Below, piece by piece: positions 29,060-39,731 of a DNA stretch of 64,000 nucleotides (positions are counted from its first letter, which is position 1; the number at the start of each line of letters is the position of its first letter). The notes under the pieces are model-generated. The model did not search any database. It was not told where the DNA came from and saw only the letters and a list, made by a program, of their open reading frames with translations. Source of the DNA: Bacteroidales bacterium (GTDB taxonomy: Bacteria > Bacteroidota > Bacteroidia > Bacteroidales > F082); the NCBI GenBank assembly GCA_015493525.1, contig WGCY01000020.1:52604-116603 (forward strand), in the 5' to 3' direction. The position numbers and the translations under genes were made by a program.

Positions 29060-30307
29060 ATGAACAGAAACCAGCTTCCGTATATTGTTATTTCACTCCT
29101 TTTGGTGTTTTCCCTGGCCATATCTTCTTGTCATCAGACCGGTGAACAACATCAAAAACTATCGGTACCGGTGGCCCATAAAGCCATGCACAAGGCCATA
29201 GCCAACATTATTTACGGTATTAACATAGACAGTCTACAGGTAAAAAAGGGGACGGTAAAACGCAACCAGTTTTTGTCCGATATTCTTTTAAAACAAAAGG
29301 TTAGCTATGCCACCATCGATTATATTGCACGCCATACAAAAAAAGTATTCGATGTCCGGCAAATTCGTAAAGGCCACAGCTATGCGTTTATCTGTAAAAA
29401 AGATTCGCTGGAAACCCCTGTGTGGTTTGCCTATGAAATTTCTCCTTCCAATTATGTACTTTATCACCTGCACGATTCCGTTTATGCCATGCTGGGAAAG
29501 AAGCCGATTGTCCATAAGCAGGTAATAACCAAAGGGACCATCAAAAGTTCCTTGTGGAATGCCATGCTTGCAGGCCATGACGATCCCAACCTCGCTATTC
29601 AGCTTTCCGATATCTATGCCTGGACCATCGACTTCTTCGAACTGCGAAAAGGCGACCGGTACGAAGCGGTTTACCAAAAAATTTATGTGGACGGCAACTA
29701 TGTGGGACTGGGAAAAGTTAAAGCCTCTGATTTTATCACCAAAGAAGGGCCGCATTATGCTTTTTATTTTGAACAAAACGGCAGGGGCAATTATTTCGAT
29801 GAGAACGGCAAAAGCCTGGAGCGTACTTTTTTGAAAGCACCCTTAAAATACCGGCGCATAAGCTCCCGTTTTTCCAACCACCGCTGGCATCCCATCCTGA
29901 AAATCTATCGTCCGCACCACGGCGTGGATTATGCTGCTGCCGAGGGCACACCGGTACATTCGCTGGGCGATGGGGTAATCATAAAAAGGGGGTATCAGCG
30001 TAACGGCGCCGGCAACTATCTGAAAATCCGCCACAACAGTGTGTACGTAACCCAGTATGCCCATCTCCGGGCTTTTGCACGCGGCATCCGGACAGGTGTA
30101 CACGTCAAGCAGGGACAGCTTATCGGCTATGTGGGCCATACGGGCCTTGCCACCGGCCCCCATCTTGATTTTAGGATTTTTAAGTACGGAACGCCCATCA
30201 ATCCGTTGACCGTAAAATCACCTTCGGCAAAACCCGTGGCACCGCAATACATGGCCGCCTTTGACTCCATCGTTCGCCATTACAAACCCATTCTCGATTC
30301 GTTGTAA
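29060..30307 (+). CDS. M23 family metallopeptidase
   Basis: Signal/lipoprotein-like N-terminus (AISSC). LytM motifs HHGVDYAA and GHTGLATGPHLDF. Confidence 0.86.
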   Translation: MNRNQLPYIVISLLLVFSLAISSCHQTGEQHQKLSVPVAHKAMHKAIANIIYGINIDSLQVKKGTVKRNQFLSDILLKQKVSYATIDYIARHTKKVFDVRQIRKGHSYAFICKKDSLETPVWFAYEISPSNYVLYHLHDSVYAMLGKKPIVHKQVITKGTIKSSLWNAMLAGHDDPNLAIQLSDIYAWTIDFFELRKGDRYEAVYQKIYVDGNYVGLGKVKASDFITKEGPHYAFYFEQNGRGNYFDENGKSLERTFLKAPLKYRRISSRFSNHRWHPILKIYRPHHGVDYAAAEGTPVHSLGDGVIIKRGYQRNGAGNYLKIRHNSVYVTQYAHLRAFARGIRTGVHVKQGQLIGYVGHTGLATGPHLDFRIFKYGTPINPLTVKSPSAKPVAPQYMAAFDSIVRHYKPILDSL

Positions 30308-30540
30308 TTTTATGCGGCATGGGGGTATTTTCCCGGGCCATAATCAGGCTTTTTCCGGCTTGCAGCCTGAAAACTTCGGACGACAAACTTCCTTATGCGC
30401 GTTATTAACAATATCACGGATTTCGGCTTGTTAATAAGTTTCCGGCATTTTTTACCCAAAAACTAACTTACTTAAAAACAGTTATTTGCAGTTTCTGTAA
30501 AAGAGAAATATTTTGCAAAACGTAACTTTTTTTTAACATT

Positions 30541-30593
30541 GTGGTAAAATGTGGTAAATAATGTTAAAATGTGGTAAATAGTTAGTATATTTA
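30541..30593 (+). promoter_or_regulatory. putative MraZ operator (10-bp phased GTGGTAAA boxes) overlapping the dcw promoter
   Basis: GTGGTAAA at 30541, 30551 and 30571, with a degenerate ATGTTAAA at 30561. A TATATTTA -7-like box sits at 30586-30593, 20 nt before the mraZ ATG. Confidence 0.55.
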
Positions 30594-30612
30594 CGCCATA
30601 AAACTGCATTTC

Positions 30613-31071
30613 ATGCTCAATATTTTAGGAACCTACGAAGCCAAAGTCGATGCCAAGGGAAGATTCATGTTTCCAGTGGCTTACAAAACCCAGATGGGGG
30701 ATGCGGTGAAGAATGGGTTCGTGGTAAAACGGAGCATTTTTAAAAAATGTCTTGAACTTTTTCCTGCTGACCAGTGGATGGCAGAAACGGCCATGGTGGG
30801 GAAGCTGAACATGTTTAAGAAAAAGAATGCGGATTTTGTTACCAAGTTTATGGCTGGCGTCAAACCGGTCGGGCTAGATGGTAGTGGCAGGTTACTTCTC
30901 CCGAAAGACTTGCTAAACTATGGCGGAATTGCTAAGCAGATCGTGCTCACATCAGTCGTAAACCGAATTGAGATCTGGGACAAAGCGGCCTATGAAAAAG
31001 CTGTGGATTATGACCCGGATGACTTTGCCAATTTGGCTGAAGAGGTTATGGGTGAGTTCGAAACTGAATAA
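30613..31071 (+). CDS. mraZ: division/cell wall cluster transcriptional regulator MraZ
   Basis: 152 aa with two SpoVT/AbrB-like halves carrying DAKGRFMFP and DGSGRLLLP. Confidence 0.93.
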   Translation: MLNILGTYEAKVDAKGRFMFPVAYKTQMGDAVKNGFVVKRSIFKKCLELFPADQWMAETAMVGKLNMFKKKNADFVTKFMAGVKPVGLDGSGRLLLPKDLLNYGGIAKQIVLTSVVNRIEIWDKAAYEKAVDYDPDDFANLAEEVMGEFETE

Positions 31072-31074
31072 AAT

Positions 31075-31977
31075 ATGTATCACAATCCGGTATTACTGCA
31101 CAAAAGTATTGATGGCCTGAACATTCGTCCCGATGGGGTTTATGTAGATGCTACTTTCGGCGGCGGTGGCCATGCACGGCTCATCTTGAGTAAGCTTGGT
31201 GCCCAAGGGCACCTGGTGGCTTTTGACCAGGATGCGGAGGCTGAAGCCAACAAACCCGACGATGAGCGGCTGATTTTTGTCAACCAGAATTTTCGTTACC
31301 TGAAAAATTTTCTGCGCTTGTATGATAGGCTGCCCGTAGATGGCATTCTTGCCGACCTCGGTGTCAGCTCGCACCAGTTTGATGAAGCAAAACGCGGTTT
31401 TTCTACCCGTTTTGATGGTCCGTTGGACATGCGTATGGGAAAACATCAAAACCTGTCGGCTGCCGATGTGGTCAATACCTATTCCGAAGATGAATTAAAC
31501 GAAATATTTCGCTTGTATGGTGAAATTAGAAACAGTCGTTGCATGGCAAAGCTCATTTGCGAAAAGCGAAAAACGAAAGCTTTTGAAACCACTTTTGAGT
31601 TAGAAGCAGCTGTAGGGAAATGTATCCCGCCTACGCGGAAAAACAAAATGCTGGCCATGCTTTTTCAGGCCATCCGTATTGAAGTGAACCAGGAACTGGA
31701 AGTGTTGAAAGCCTTTTTGGAACAAACGGCAGATGTGCTCAAACCCGGTGGCCGTCTGGTAGTTATCTCTTACCATTCGCTGGAAGACCGGCTGGTGAAA
31801 AATTTTATTAAAACCGGAAATTTTGAAGGAAAGGTCCAAAAAGACTTTTTCGGGAATAACCTGGTCGATTTCAAACCGGTAGTGAACAAAGCCATTGTGC
31901 CCGACGAAAAAGAGATAGCACAGAACAGCCGTGCCCGCTCGGCAAGGTTGCGGATTGCTGAAAAAATTGCTGAATAA
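31075..31977 (+). CDS. rsmH: 16S rRNA (cytosine1402-N4)-methyltransferase
   Basis: HNPVLL and the DATFGGGGH SAM-binding motif; 300 aa. Confidence 0.93.
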   Translation: MYHNPVLLHKSIDGLNIRPDGVYVDATFGGGGHARLILSKLGAQGHLVAFDQDAEAEANKPDDERLIFVNQNFRYLKNFLRLYDRLPVDGILADLGVSSHQFDEAKRGFSTRFDGPLDMRMGKHQNLSAADVVNTYSEDELNEIFRLYGEIRNSRCMAKLICEKRKTKAFETTFELEAAVGKCIPPTRKNKMLAMLFQAIRIEVNQELEVLKAFLEQTADVLKPGGRLVVISYHSLEDRLVKNFIKTGNFEGKVQKDFFGNNLVDFKPVVNKAIVPDEKEIAQNSRARSARLRIAEKIAE

Positions 31978-32381
31978 TGAAAACGAATAAACGCAAAAAG
32001 GAGTTGATGGGGAACGATGCAGGGCGTTCTGATGGTGTGGGCACTTTTGGCCGCGCCACACAGGATGTTTTGGGGGGCGCCATTCTCGAAACGGAGAGGA
32101 CACGCCGGATTTTCCCTTATCTGCTTTTCCTTGCCGGACTTGCGTTTGTTTATATCACCAACGATTATGTGCTGGAAAGTAAAGTCAGGGAAATTACCAA
32201 AACAGAACGGCAGATTAAAGCCTTGCGGTATGAGTATATCTCCATAAAATCTGACCTGATGACCATTAGCAAACAATCGCAACTGGAGAAACGATTGGAA
32301 AGCATCGGTATAAAAGAAACCAATGAACCGTTGAAAACAATAGTCATATATCAAAAGCAGGGAGGTGGTTTTGCCAAATAG
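31977..32381 (+). CDS. FtsL-like cell division protein
   Basis: 134 aa with a single TM (IFPYLLFLAGLAFVYI) followed by a coiled-coil-like region. It sits in the canonical slot between rsmH and ftsI, with a TAATG overlap. Confidence 0.6.
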   Translation: MKTNKRKKELMGNDAGRSDGVGTFGRATQDVLGGAILETERTRRIFPYLLFLAGLAFVYITNDYVLESKVREITKTERQIKALRYEYISIKSDLMTISKQSQLEKRLESIGIKETNEPLKTIVIYQKQGGGFAK

Positions 32382-34482
32382 CAAGAAAGTCATATTGTCC
32401 CGTGTTTACCTCGTCTATTTTGGGATGTTGGTTTTTGCCCTCATGATTATCGGAAAAATGTTTTATATCCGATACAAAGAAGGCCCTGCATTATTGGCCA
32501 AAGCACAAAAACAGGAAATCAAAGTCTTCAGCCTGAAAGCCGACCGCGGCAACATCCTCTCGGCACGCGATAACCTGCTGGCCACTTCTGTTCCCGAATT
32601 CGAAATACGAATGGATGTGGCCAACAACCACATCTCCAACGAATTATTCAACAGCAAGGTAGACTCGCTTTCCCTACAATTGGCTTCGATTTTCCCAGAA
32701 CGTTCGGCTGCGTATTACGAAAGAATCCTGAAACATGCCCGTGCGAAAAAAAACAGGTACCTGCTGATTCATCGCAGGGTGAGCTACGTACAGCTGAAAC
32801 AGTTACGCACTTTTCCTATTTTCCGCAGGGGAAAAAATCGCGGCGGATTGATTGTTATCCAAAAGACCACACGGCGGTTGCCTTTCGGCCAGCTTGCGGC
32901 CCGTACCATCGGTTACGAAAATAAAAAAGAACATCTGTACGTAGGCCTTGAAGGGGCCTATTCCCATGTGCTTACCGGTATTGACGGTAAACAAATCCGG
33001 CGCAAAATCAATGGAAACCAGTGGATACCCATTCACGATGACAATGAGATAATGCCCCAAAACGGAAAGGATATTGTTACTACGCTGGACATGAACCTGC
33101 AGGATGTGGCAGAGAATGCTTTGCTGAAACAGATGATAAACCATGAGGCGGAAATGGGATGTGCCGTGCTTATGCAGGTGAAAACAGGCGACATCAAAGC
33201 CATCGCCAACCTGCGTTACGATAAAAAATCGGGATTTTACAGCGAAAGTTACAATATGGCTATCGGTGAGAAATACGAACCCGGATCCACCTTTAAGCTG
33301 GCTTCGGTTATTTCGGGGCTGGAAGACCATAAATTTAAGTTAAGCGATACGGTTTCTGTTAAGAAAGGCTATGTTGTTTATTACGGGCGGACATTGCACG
33401 ATGCACATGTCATTGGCAACGGCATGATTACCATCCGCCAGGCTTTTGAGCACTCCTCCAATGTGGGGATATCCAAAGTGATACAGAAAGCATACAAAGA
33501 CAATCCTTTAAAATTTATTGCCCATCTGTATGCCATGGATTTAAACAAGCCGCTGGGGCTGAAAATTGCCGGCGAAGCAGCCCCAAATATTAAAAGCCCG
33601 AAAAATAAAAAATACTGGTACCGTACTTCTTTGCCCTGGATGTCGGTGGGATATGGACTGGAGATTACGCCATTGCAACTGTTGACCTTTTATAATGCCG
33701 TGGCCAACAATGGGGTAGAGGTAAAACCACGGTTTGTTACAGCCGTTGTCAATGGCGGACAGATAGTGAAAAAATTTGGTGTTCAGGTGCGAAATCCGCA
33801 AATTGCCCCTCTTTCCGTTATCCAAAAAGTCCAAAGCCTGCTTGTGGGCGTGGTTTTGCAGGGTACAGCCCAAAACCTGAAAAATAAACATTTTCAAATT
33901 GCCGGAAAAACGGGCACAGCCAAAATTTCTGTCGGTGGAAAATATATCCCGGGTGCTTACAACGCTTCATTTGTCGGTTATTTTCCGGCAGACGATCCGC
34001 AATATTCCTGTATTGTGGTGATAAACAAGCCAAAACAAGGATATTATGGTAGCGGTGTGGCGGCCCCTGTCTTTAAAGAAATTGCCGATAAGGTGTATGC
34101 CACTTCGCTGGCATTGCACGTAAAACCCCAACAAATTGCAGAAAACAATACGGTTCCCCTCGCGGTTAACGCCACCTGGTATCCCGATCTGAAAAAAATT
34201 TATAAAGACTTTGGTGTGAAAACATCCGGAGGGCCTTTAGCAGAAACATGGACTGTTACCGGCGACAAAAAAGGCAAAGTGGTTTTTTATTCCAAAACAT
34301 TCGCTAAAAATTTAGTCCCTAACGTGAAAGGGATGACCGCCAAAGATGCTGTTTATCTCCTGGAAAATATGGGAATTGCAACCGATGTACAGGGCAGGGG
34401 AGTGGTATATAGCCAGTCGCTAAAGCCCGGAATGCCACTGCGTAAAGGACAAAAAATAATCATCAGGCTTACGAACCTTTAA
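32365..34482 (+). CDS. ftsI: peptidoglycan D,D-transpeptidase (class B PBP)
   Basis: SxxK (GSTFK), SxN (HSSNVG) and KTGT motifs, an N-terminal TM anchor and C-terminal PASTA-like repeats. Uses a GTG start. Confidence 0.9.
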   Translation: MVLPNSKKVILSRVYLVYFGMLVFALMIIGKMFYIRYKEGPALLAKAQKQEIKVFSLKADRGNILSARDNLLATSVPEFEIRMDVANNHISNELFNSKVDSLSLQLASIFPERSAAYYERILKHARAKKNRYLLIHRRVSYVQLKQLRTFPIFRRGKNRGGLIVIQKTTRRLPFGQLAARTIGYENKKEHLYVGLEGAYSHVLTGIDGKQIRRKINGNQWIPIHDDNEIMPQNGKDIVTTLDMNLQDVAENALLKQMINHEAEMGCAVLMQVKTGDIKAIANLRYDKKSGFYSESYNMAIGEKYEPGSTFKLASVISGLEDHKFKLSDTVSVKKGYVVYYGRTLHDAHVIGNGMITIRQAFEHSSNVGISKVIQKAYKDNPLKFIAHLYAMDLNKPLGLKIAGEAAPNIKSPKNKKYWYRTSLPWMSVGYGLEITPLQLLTFYNAVANNGVEVKPRFVTAVVNGGQIVKKFGVQVRNPQIAPLSVIQKVQSLLVGVVLQGTAQNLKNKHFQIAGKTGTAKISVGGKYIPGAYNASFVGYFPADDPQYSCIVVINKPKQGYYGSGVAAPVFKEIADKVYATSLALHVKPQQIAENNTVPLAVNATWYPDLKKIYKDFGVKTSGGPLAETWTVTGDKKGKVVFYSKTFAKNLVPNVKGMTAKDAVYLLENMGIATDVQGRGVVYSQSLKPGMPLRKGQKIIIRLTNL

Positions 34483-34492
34483 ACTGGACCAT

Positions 34493-35950
34493 TTGAAAAA
34501 GTTATATGACATATTAGCGGATACGGGCATTGAGAAACTCATTGGAAAAGATGATGTTGCCATCTCCAATGTGGTTTTTGACTCGCGAAAGGTGCAACCC
34601 GGCGATGTGTTTGTAGCTGTGCCGGGAACCCTCGTAGATGGCCATCGTTTTATTGATGCTGCCGTAGGCCGTGGTGCTGTAGCCGTGGTTTGTGAAAATA
34701 TGCCACAAAAAACCGATGAAAAGGTTGTATGGGCCAAGGTGAAAAATTCAGCTTTTGCACTTGGGCAAATGGCATCCAATTTCTATGGCCGCCCTTCCGA
34801 AAAGCTGAAACTTGTGGGCGTAACCGGAACCAACGGAAAAACGACCATTGTAACCTTGCTGCACCAGCTGTTTACGGGCCTTGGCTATGAAGCGGGTTTG
34901 TTGTCGACCATTGTAAACAAGGTAAACCATAAAGAGATAAAATCTACCCATACCACGCCCGATGCGCTGAGTATCAACCATATACTCAGGGAAATGGTGG
35001 ATGCCGGATGCGGTTATGCCTTTATGGAAGTCAGCTCACATGCCATTGTGCAGGAGCGTATTGCAGGCCTGCACTTTGCCGGTGCTTTGTTTACCAACAT
35101 TACCCACGACCATCTGGACTATCACAAAACGTTTAAAGCTTATATCGCAGCGAAGAAAAAGTTCTTTGATGACCTGCCCCGGGAGGCTTTTGCCCTTGTC
35201 AACGTTGATGACCGGAATGCCGGCATCATGCTGAATAACACCCGGGCAAAGAAATACAGTTATGCCCTGAAAACTATGGCCGATTTCCGGGGCCGGCTTG
35301 TTGAAGATGAATTTTCGGGTTTGCAGATGGTCCTTGACAACAGGGATTTTTATTCTCCAATGGTCGGGTCTTTTAATGCCTCCAATTTGCTGGCAGTATA
35401 TGCTGCTGCGGTTTTGCTGGAGCAGGACAAAGAGGAGGTATTGGTGCAACTCAGCAGTTTGCGTGGTGCCGAAGGCCGTTTTGAAGTGCTTCGTTCGCCC
35501 GATGGTATTGTCTGTATTGTGGATTATGCACACACCCCGGATGCCTTGAAAAATGTGCTGGAAACCATTCTTGATATCGGTGGCGGTGCGGGACAGCTGA
35601 TTACTGTAGTGGGTGCCGGCGGCAACCGTGACAAGACAAAACGTCCCGAGATGGCTGCCATTGCAACGCTTCTGAGCAACCGTGTAATTCTTACTTCTGA
35701 CAACCCGCGTAACGAAAATCCGGAAGACATTCTCCAGGATATGAAAGCCGGTATTCATTCCGCCCACAAGAATACGACGCTCATTATCCCCGACCGCAGA
35801 GAAGCAATAAAAACGGCTGTTGCATTGGCCAACACCGGCGATATTGTTCTTGTGGCCGGTAAAGGGCATGAGAAATATCAGGAAATCAACGGGGTACGCC
35901 ATCCCTTTGACGACAGGCAAGTTTTAACAGAAATATTTAAAACCCGATAA
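34493..35950 (+). CDS. murE: UDP-N-acetylmuramoyl-L-alanyl-D-glutamate--2,6-diaminopimelate ligase
   Basis: [11 protein letters not shown]-loop and the DNPR motif (TSDNPRNE). Confidence 0.92.
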   Translation: MKKLYDILADTGIEKLIGKDDVAISNVVFDSRKVQPGDVFVAVPGTLVDGHRFIDAAVGRGAVAVVCENMPQKTDEKVVWAKVKNSAFALGQMASNFYGRPSEKLKLVGVTGTNGKTTIVTLLHQLFTGLGYEAGLLSTIVNKVNHKEIKSTHTTPDALSINHILREMVDAGCGYAFMEVSSHAIVQERIAGLHFAGALFTNITHDHLDYHKTFKAYIAAKKKFFDDLPREAFALVNVDDRNAGIMLNNTRAKKYSYALKTMADFRGRLVEDEFSGLQMVLDNRDFYSPMVGSFNASNLLAVYAAAVLLEQDKEEVLVQLSSLRGAEGRFEVLRSPDGIVCIVDYAHTPDALKNVLETILDIGGGAGQLITVVGAGGNRDKTKRPEMAAIATLLSNRVILTSDNPRNENPEDILQDMKAGIHSAHKNTTLIIPDRREAIKTAVALANTGDIVLVAGKGHEKYQEINGVRHPFDDRQVLTEIFKTR

Positions 35951-35952
35951 TT

Positions 35953-37194
35953 ATGCTGTACTATCTGTTTAAATATCTGCATGATGCCTATTCCTTTCCG
36001 GGTGCCGGACTGTTTCAATATCTCTCTTTCAGGGCTGCCATGGCGTTAATTACTTCTTTGCTTATAAGTTTGGTTTTCGGTGAGCACTGGATCAGGTTTC
36101 TGAATAAAAAACAGGTGGGGGAAACGGTGCGCGATCTCGGCCTTGAAGGCCAACTGGAGAAACAGGGTACGCCCACCATGGGAGGGCTGATTATCCTGGC
36201 TTCCATAGTGGTCCCGGCACTGCTTTTTGCCGATTTGGGCAACGTTTACATTATTCTGATGTTGTTTACCACCATCTGGCTTGGCTTGCTGGGCTTTGTA
36301 GACGATTACATCAAGGTTTTCAGGAAAGACAAAGCAGGGCTGAGTGGAAAATACAAGATTGTGGGACAAGTAGTTCTCGGTTTGGTGGTGGGATTGGTGA
36401 TGTATTTTAACAAAAATGTGGTTACACGGGAAAAACAACTCCCGAATATATCTCAGGTTTATTCGGTTATCAACAACCCGGGGCCTTCGGCACGCTATTC
36501 TATCACGGACAAACACTCTACCAAAACGACCATTCCGTTTTTGAAAAACAATGAATTTGATTATGCCGTATTGCTGAAATGGATGGGCCCGGGTTATGAG
36601 AAATGGGCTTTTTTGGTTTTTATCCCCATCGTTATTTTAATCATTACGGGTGTTTCAAACGGAGCCAATCTGACGGATGGCATGGATGGGCTGGCGGCAG
36701 GAACATCGGCTATCATAGGGGCTACCCTGGGTATCCTGGCCTGGGTATCGGGTAACATTATTTTTGCCGACTACCTGAACATCATGTATTTGCCCAATGT
36801 GGGTGAGCTGGCCGTGTATATCAGTGCCTTTGTGGGGGCCACCGTGGGGTTTTTATGGTACAACACCTATCCTGCACAGGTCTTTATGGGCGACACGGGC
36901 AGCCTGGCCATCGGCGGGATTATTGCCGTATTTGCCATCATCATCCGTAAAGAGCTGCTGATTCCTGTTTTTGGCGGTATTTTCCTCGCCGAGAGCCTTT
37001 CTGTGATTATGCAGGTGGGATACTTTAAATATACCCGAAAAAGATATGGCACAGGCAGGCGAATTTTCAAAATGGCACCGCTGCACCATCATTATCAAAA
37101 GTTGGGTTTCCCCGAGCCAAAAATTGTATTGCGGTTTTTTATTGTGGGCATTGCCTTGGCTGTGGCGACTATTATTACGCTGAAAATAAGATAG
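35953..37194 (+). CDS. mraY: phospho-N-acetylmuramoyl-pentapeptide transferase
   Basis: Polytopic protein with [13 protein letters not shown] and [10 protein letters not shown] motifs. Confidence 0.93.
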   Translation: MLYYLFKYLHDAYSFPGAGLFQYLSFRAAMALITSLLISLVFGEHWIRFLNKKQVGETVRDLGLEGQLEKQGTPTMGGLIILASIVVPALLFADLGNVYIILMLFTTIWLGLLGFVDDYIKVFRKDKAGLSGKYKIVGQVVLGLVVGLVMYFNKNVVTREKQLPNISQVYSVINNPGPSARYSITDKHSTKTTIPFLKNNEFDYAVLLKWMGPGYEKWAFLVFIPIVILIITGVSNGANLTDGMDGLAAGTSAIIGATLGILAWVSGNIIFADYLNIMYLPNVGELAVYISAFVGATVGFLWYNTYPAQVFMGDTGSLAIGGIIAVFAIIIRKELLIPVFGGIFLAESLSVIMQVGYFKYTRKRYGTGRRIFKMAPLHHHYQKLGFPEPKIVLRFFIVGIALAVATIITLKIR

Positions 37195-37206
37195 GTATCT
37201 ATAGAT

Positions 37207-38553
37207 ATGAAACAAAAAAATGAAATAGTTGTTCTTGGTGCCGGCGAAAGCGGGACGGGAGCTGCTGTGCTGGCTAAAAAGCAGGGCTTGCCGGTTTTTG
37301 TTTCTGAAAAAGGAAAAGTAAGCGATAAATACAGACGCGTTCTTAAGGAATTTGAAATAGGTTTTGAGGAAAATGGCCATGATTTCGTCCGAATCCTTGC
37401 TGCTGATAAAGTGGTGAAAAGCCCGGGAATCCCGGATACAATACCGCTGATAAAACAGTTGAATGAAAATGGGACTCCGGTAATTTCCGAAATTGAATTT
37501 GCTGCCGGATTTACCCATGCCAAAAAGGTCTGCATTACCGGGAGCAACGGGAAAACCACGACTACCTTATTGACGTACCATATTCTTAAAAATGCCGGTA
37601 TGAACGTGGGGCTTGCCGGCAATGTGGGAAAAAGTTTTGCCTGGCAGGTAGCTACCCGGGATTTTGATTATTATGTGTTGGAAATCAGTAGTTTCCAGCT
37701 GGATGGAATGTTCCGCTTCAGGGCAGATATCGCCATTTTGCTAAATATCACACCGGACCACCTCGACCGGTATGACAATAACTTCCAAAAATATACGGAC
37801 AGTAAATTCCGGATTCTTCAAAACCAGACTTCAAATGACTATTTCGTTTACTGGGCCGATGATCCGGTAATCCGGAGAGAATTAAAAAAAAGAAAGATAA
37901 AGGCTGTTCCGGTCCCCTTTGGTGAACACAGTGCCAACCGGTTTCCGGGAGCAGGGATAACCAACAAAAAGATAAGGATTAATAATGACAAAAACAGTTT
38001 TGATATGACACTCGAACAATTAGCATTACAGGGTAAGCACAATGTTTACAACTCCATGGCCTCGGGGGTTACCGCCCGTCTGATGGAAATTCGTAACGAA
38101 ACCATCAAACAGAGCCTTTCTGATTTTCAGAATATTGCCCACAGGCTGGAATATGTGGCCAGTGTCCATGGCATTACTTTTATCAACGACTCCAAAGCAA
38201 CCAACATCAATTCTGCCTGGTATGCCCTCGAATATATGGAAAAGCCTACTGTTTGGATTGTAGGTGGTGTGGACAAAGGAAACGACTACGACCTGCTCAA
38301 ACCATTGGTGGCCGAAAAGGTAAAAGCCATCGTTTGTCTTGGACAGGACAACCGGCATATCCATAAAGCATTTGATGGCTTGGTGGAGACAATTGTCGAT
38401 ACCGGCTCGGCACGTGAAGCTGTTGCCACTTCCTATTATCTTGCTGAGAAAGGTGATGCCGTTTTGCTCTCTCCGGCTTGTGCCAGTTTCGACTTGTTTG
38501 AAGACTATAAAGACCGTGGTAACCAGTTTAAAGCTGCCGTGAGTGAATTGTAA
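37207..38553 (+). CDS. murD: UDP-N-acetylmuramoylalanine--D-glutamate ligase
   Basis: Rossmann N-terminus VLGAGESG and the Mur ligase P-loop ITGSNGKTTT. Confidence 0.92.
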   Translation: MKQKNEIVVLGAGESGTGAAVLAKKQGLPVFVSEKGKVSDKYRRVLKEFEIGFEENGHDFVRILAADKVVKSPGIPDTIPLIKQLNENGTPVISEIEFAAGFTHAKKVCITGSNGKTTTTLLTYHILKNAGMNVGLAGNVGKSFAWQVATRDFDYYVLEISSFQLDGMFRFRADIAILLNITPDHLDRYDNNFQKYTDSKFRILQNQTSNDYFVYWADDPVIRRELKKRKIKAVPVPFGEHSANRFPGAGITNKKIRINNDKNSFDMTLEQLALQGKHNVYNSMASGVTARLMEIRNETIKQSLSDFQNIAHRLEYVASVHGITFINDSKATNINSAWYALEYMEKPTVWIVGGVDKGNDYDLLKPLVAEKVKAIVCLGQDNRHIHKAFDGLVETIVDTGSAREAVATSYYLAEKGDAVLLSPACASFDLFEDYKDRGNQFKAAVSEL

Positions 38554-38570
38554 ATTTATTTAAAAAAGCA

Positions 38571-39731
38571 ATGACAATTTTTAGCAGGGAAATAAAAGTA
38601 AAAGGAGACCGGGTTATTTGGGCAGTGGTGTTCATTTTGACCGTATTGTCTTTTCTTGCTGTTTATAGCTCAACGGGAACGCTGGCTTATAAATACCATG
38701 GGGGCAACGTCGCTTACTATATGATAAAACACGGAATTATTCTGCTTGCCGGACTACTGATTATGTATCTTGCCCATTTGCTGAAGTATACTTACTTCTC
38801 GCGAATTTTTCAAATCCTTTTTTATATCGCGGTTCCCTTGCTGTTGCTTACCCTTTTGTTCGGCCTGAACCTGAACGATGCCCGCCGTGCTTTGCCTTTG
38901 CCTTTCCATCTGAGTTTCGAGACTTCCGATTTTGCCAAACTTACCCTCACTGTCTATCTGGCCAGGGTGTTGACCAAGCGCGAAGAAGAACTAAAAGATT
39001 TTAACAAGGTATTGCTTTATCTGATGTTGCCTGTTTTGGTTGTCTGCGGACTGATTTTTCCAGCCAACTTCTCCACGGCAGCCCTTATTTTTGTTACAAG
39101 CCTGGTACTGATTTATATCGGGAGGGTAAAATTCTCCTACATTCTTTCTATCATAGGGCTGAGCGTGCTGTTGTTGGGGTTTGCCCTGGGTATTCTTTTG
39201 ATGATGCCGGCAGGAAAACAGGCCCGGTTGAATACCTGGAAAACCCGTATCGAGCAGTTTAAGAGTGGCGATAGCCGGGACAATTATCAGGTGGAACAAT
39301 CGAAAATTGCCATCGCTTCGGGCGGTATTCTGGGAAAAATGCCGGGGAAAAGTACCCAGCGCAATTTCCTGCCCCATCCGTATTCCGATTTTATTTTTGC
39401 CATTATCGTTGAAGAATACGGGTTGCTTGGCGGAACCGTTGTTGTTTTGCTTTATCTCATATTGCTGTTTCGGGCGGTGCGCATTGTTACGAAAGTCCCC
39501 AATAATTTTGGGGCTTATCTTGCTATCGGCCTGAGTTTTAGCCTGGTCTTCCAGGCATTGATAAATATGGCCGTTGCTGTACACCTGTTGCCGGTTACCG
39601 GCCAGCCGTTGCCCCTTGTGAGCATGGGCGGGACTTCTATCTGGTTTACCAGCCTGTCCATCGGTATTTTGTTAAGCGTAAGCAGAGACCTTGAAAGCAA
39701 AGAAACCAAAGAAACTGAACAACCTGCCTGA
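38571..39731 (+). CDS. ftsW: FtsW/RodA/SpoVE family peptidoglycan glycosyltransferase
   Basis: 10-TM SEDS protein with conserved PLPLVSMGGTS near the C-terminus. It occupies the dcw position between murD and murG. Confidence 0.88.
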   Translation: MTIFSREIKVKGDRVIWAVVFILTVLSFLAVYSSTGTLAYKYHGGNVAYYMIKHGIILLAGLLIMYLAHLLKYTYFSRIFQILFYIAVPLLLLTLLFGLNLNDARRALPLPFHLSFETSDFAKLTLTVYLARVLTKREEELKDFNKVLLYLMLPVLVVCGLIFPANFSTAALIFVTSLVLIYIGRVKFSYILSIIGLSVLLLGFALGILLMMPAGKQARLNTWKTRIEQFKSGDSRDNYQVEQSKIAIASGGILGKMPGKSTQRNFLPHPYSDFIFAIIVEEYGLLGGTVVVLLYLILLFRAVRIVTKVPNNFGAYLAIGLSFSLVFQALINMAVAVHLLPVTGQPLPLVSMGGTSIWFTSLSIGILLSVSRDLESKETKETEQPA

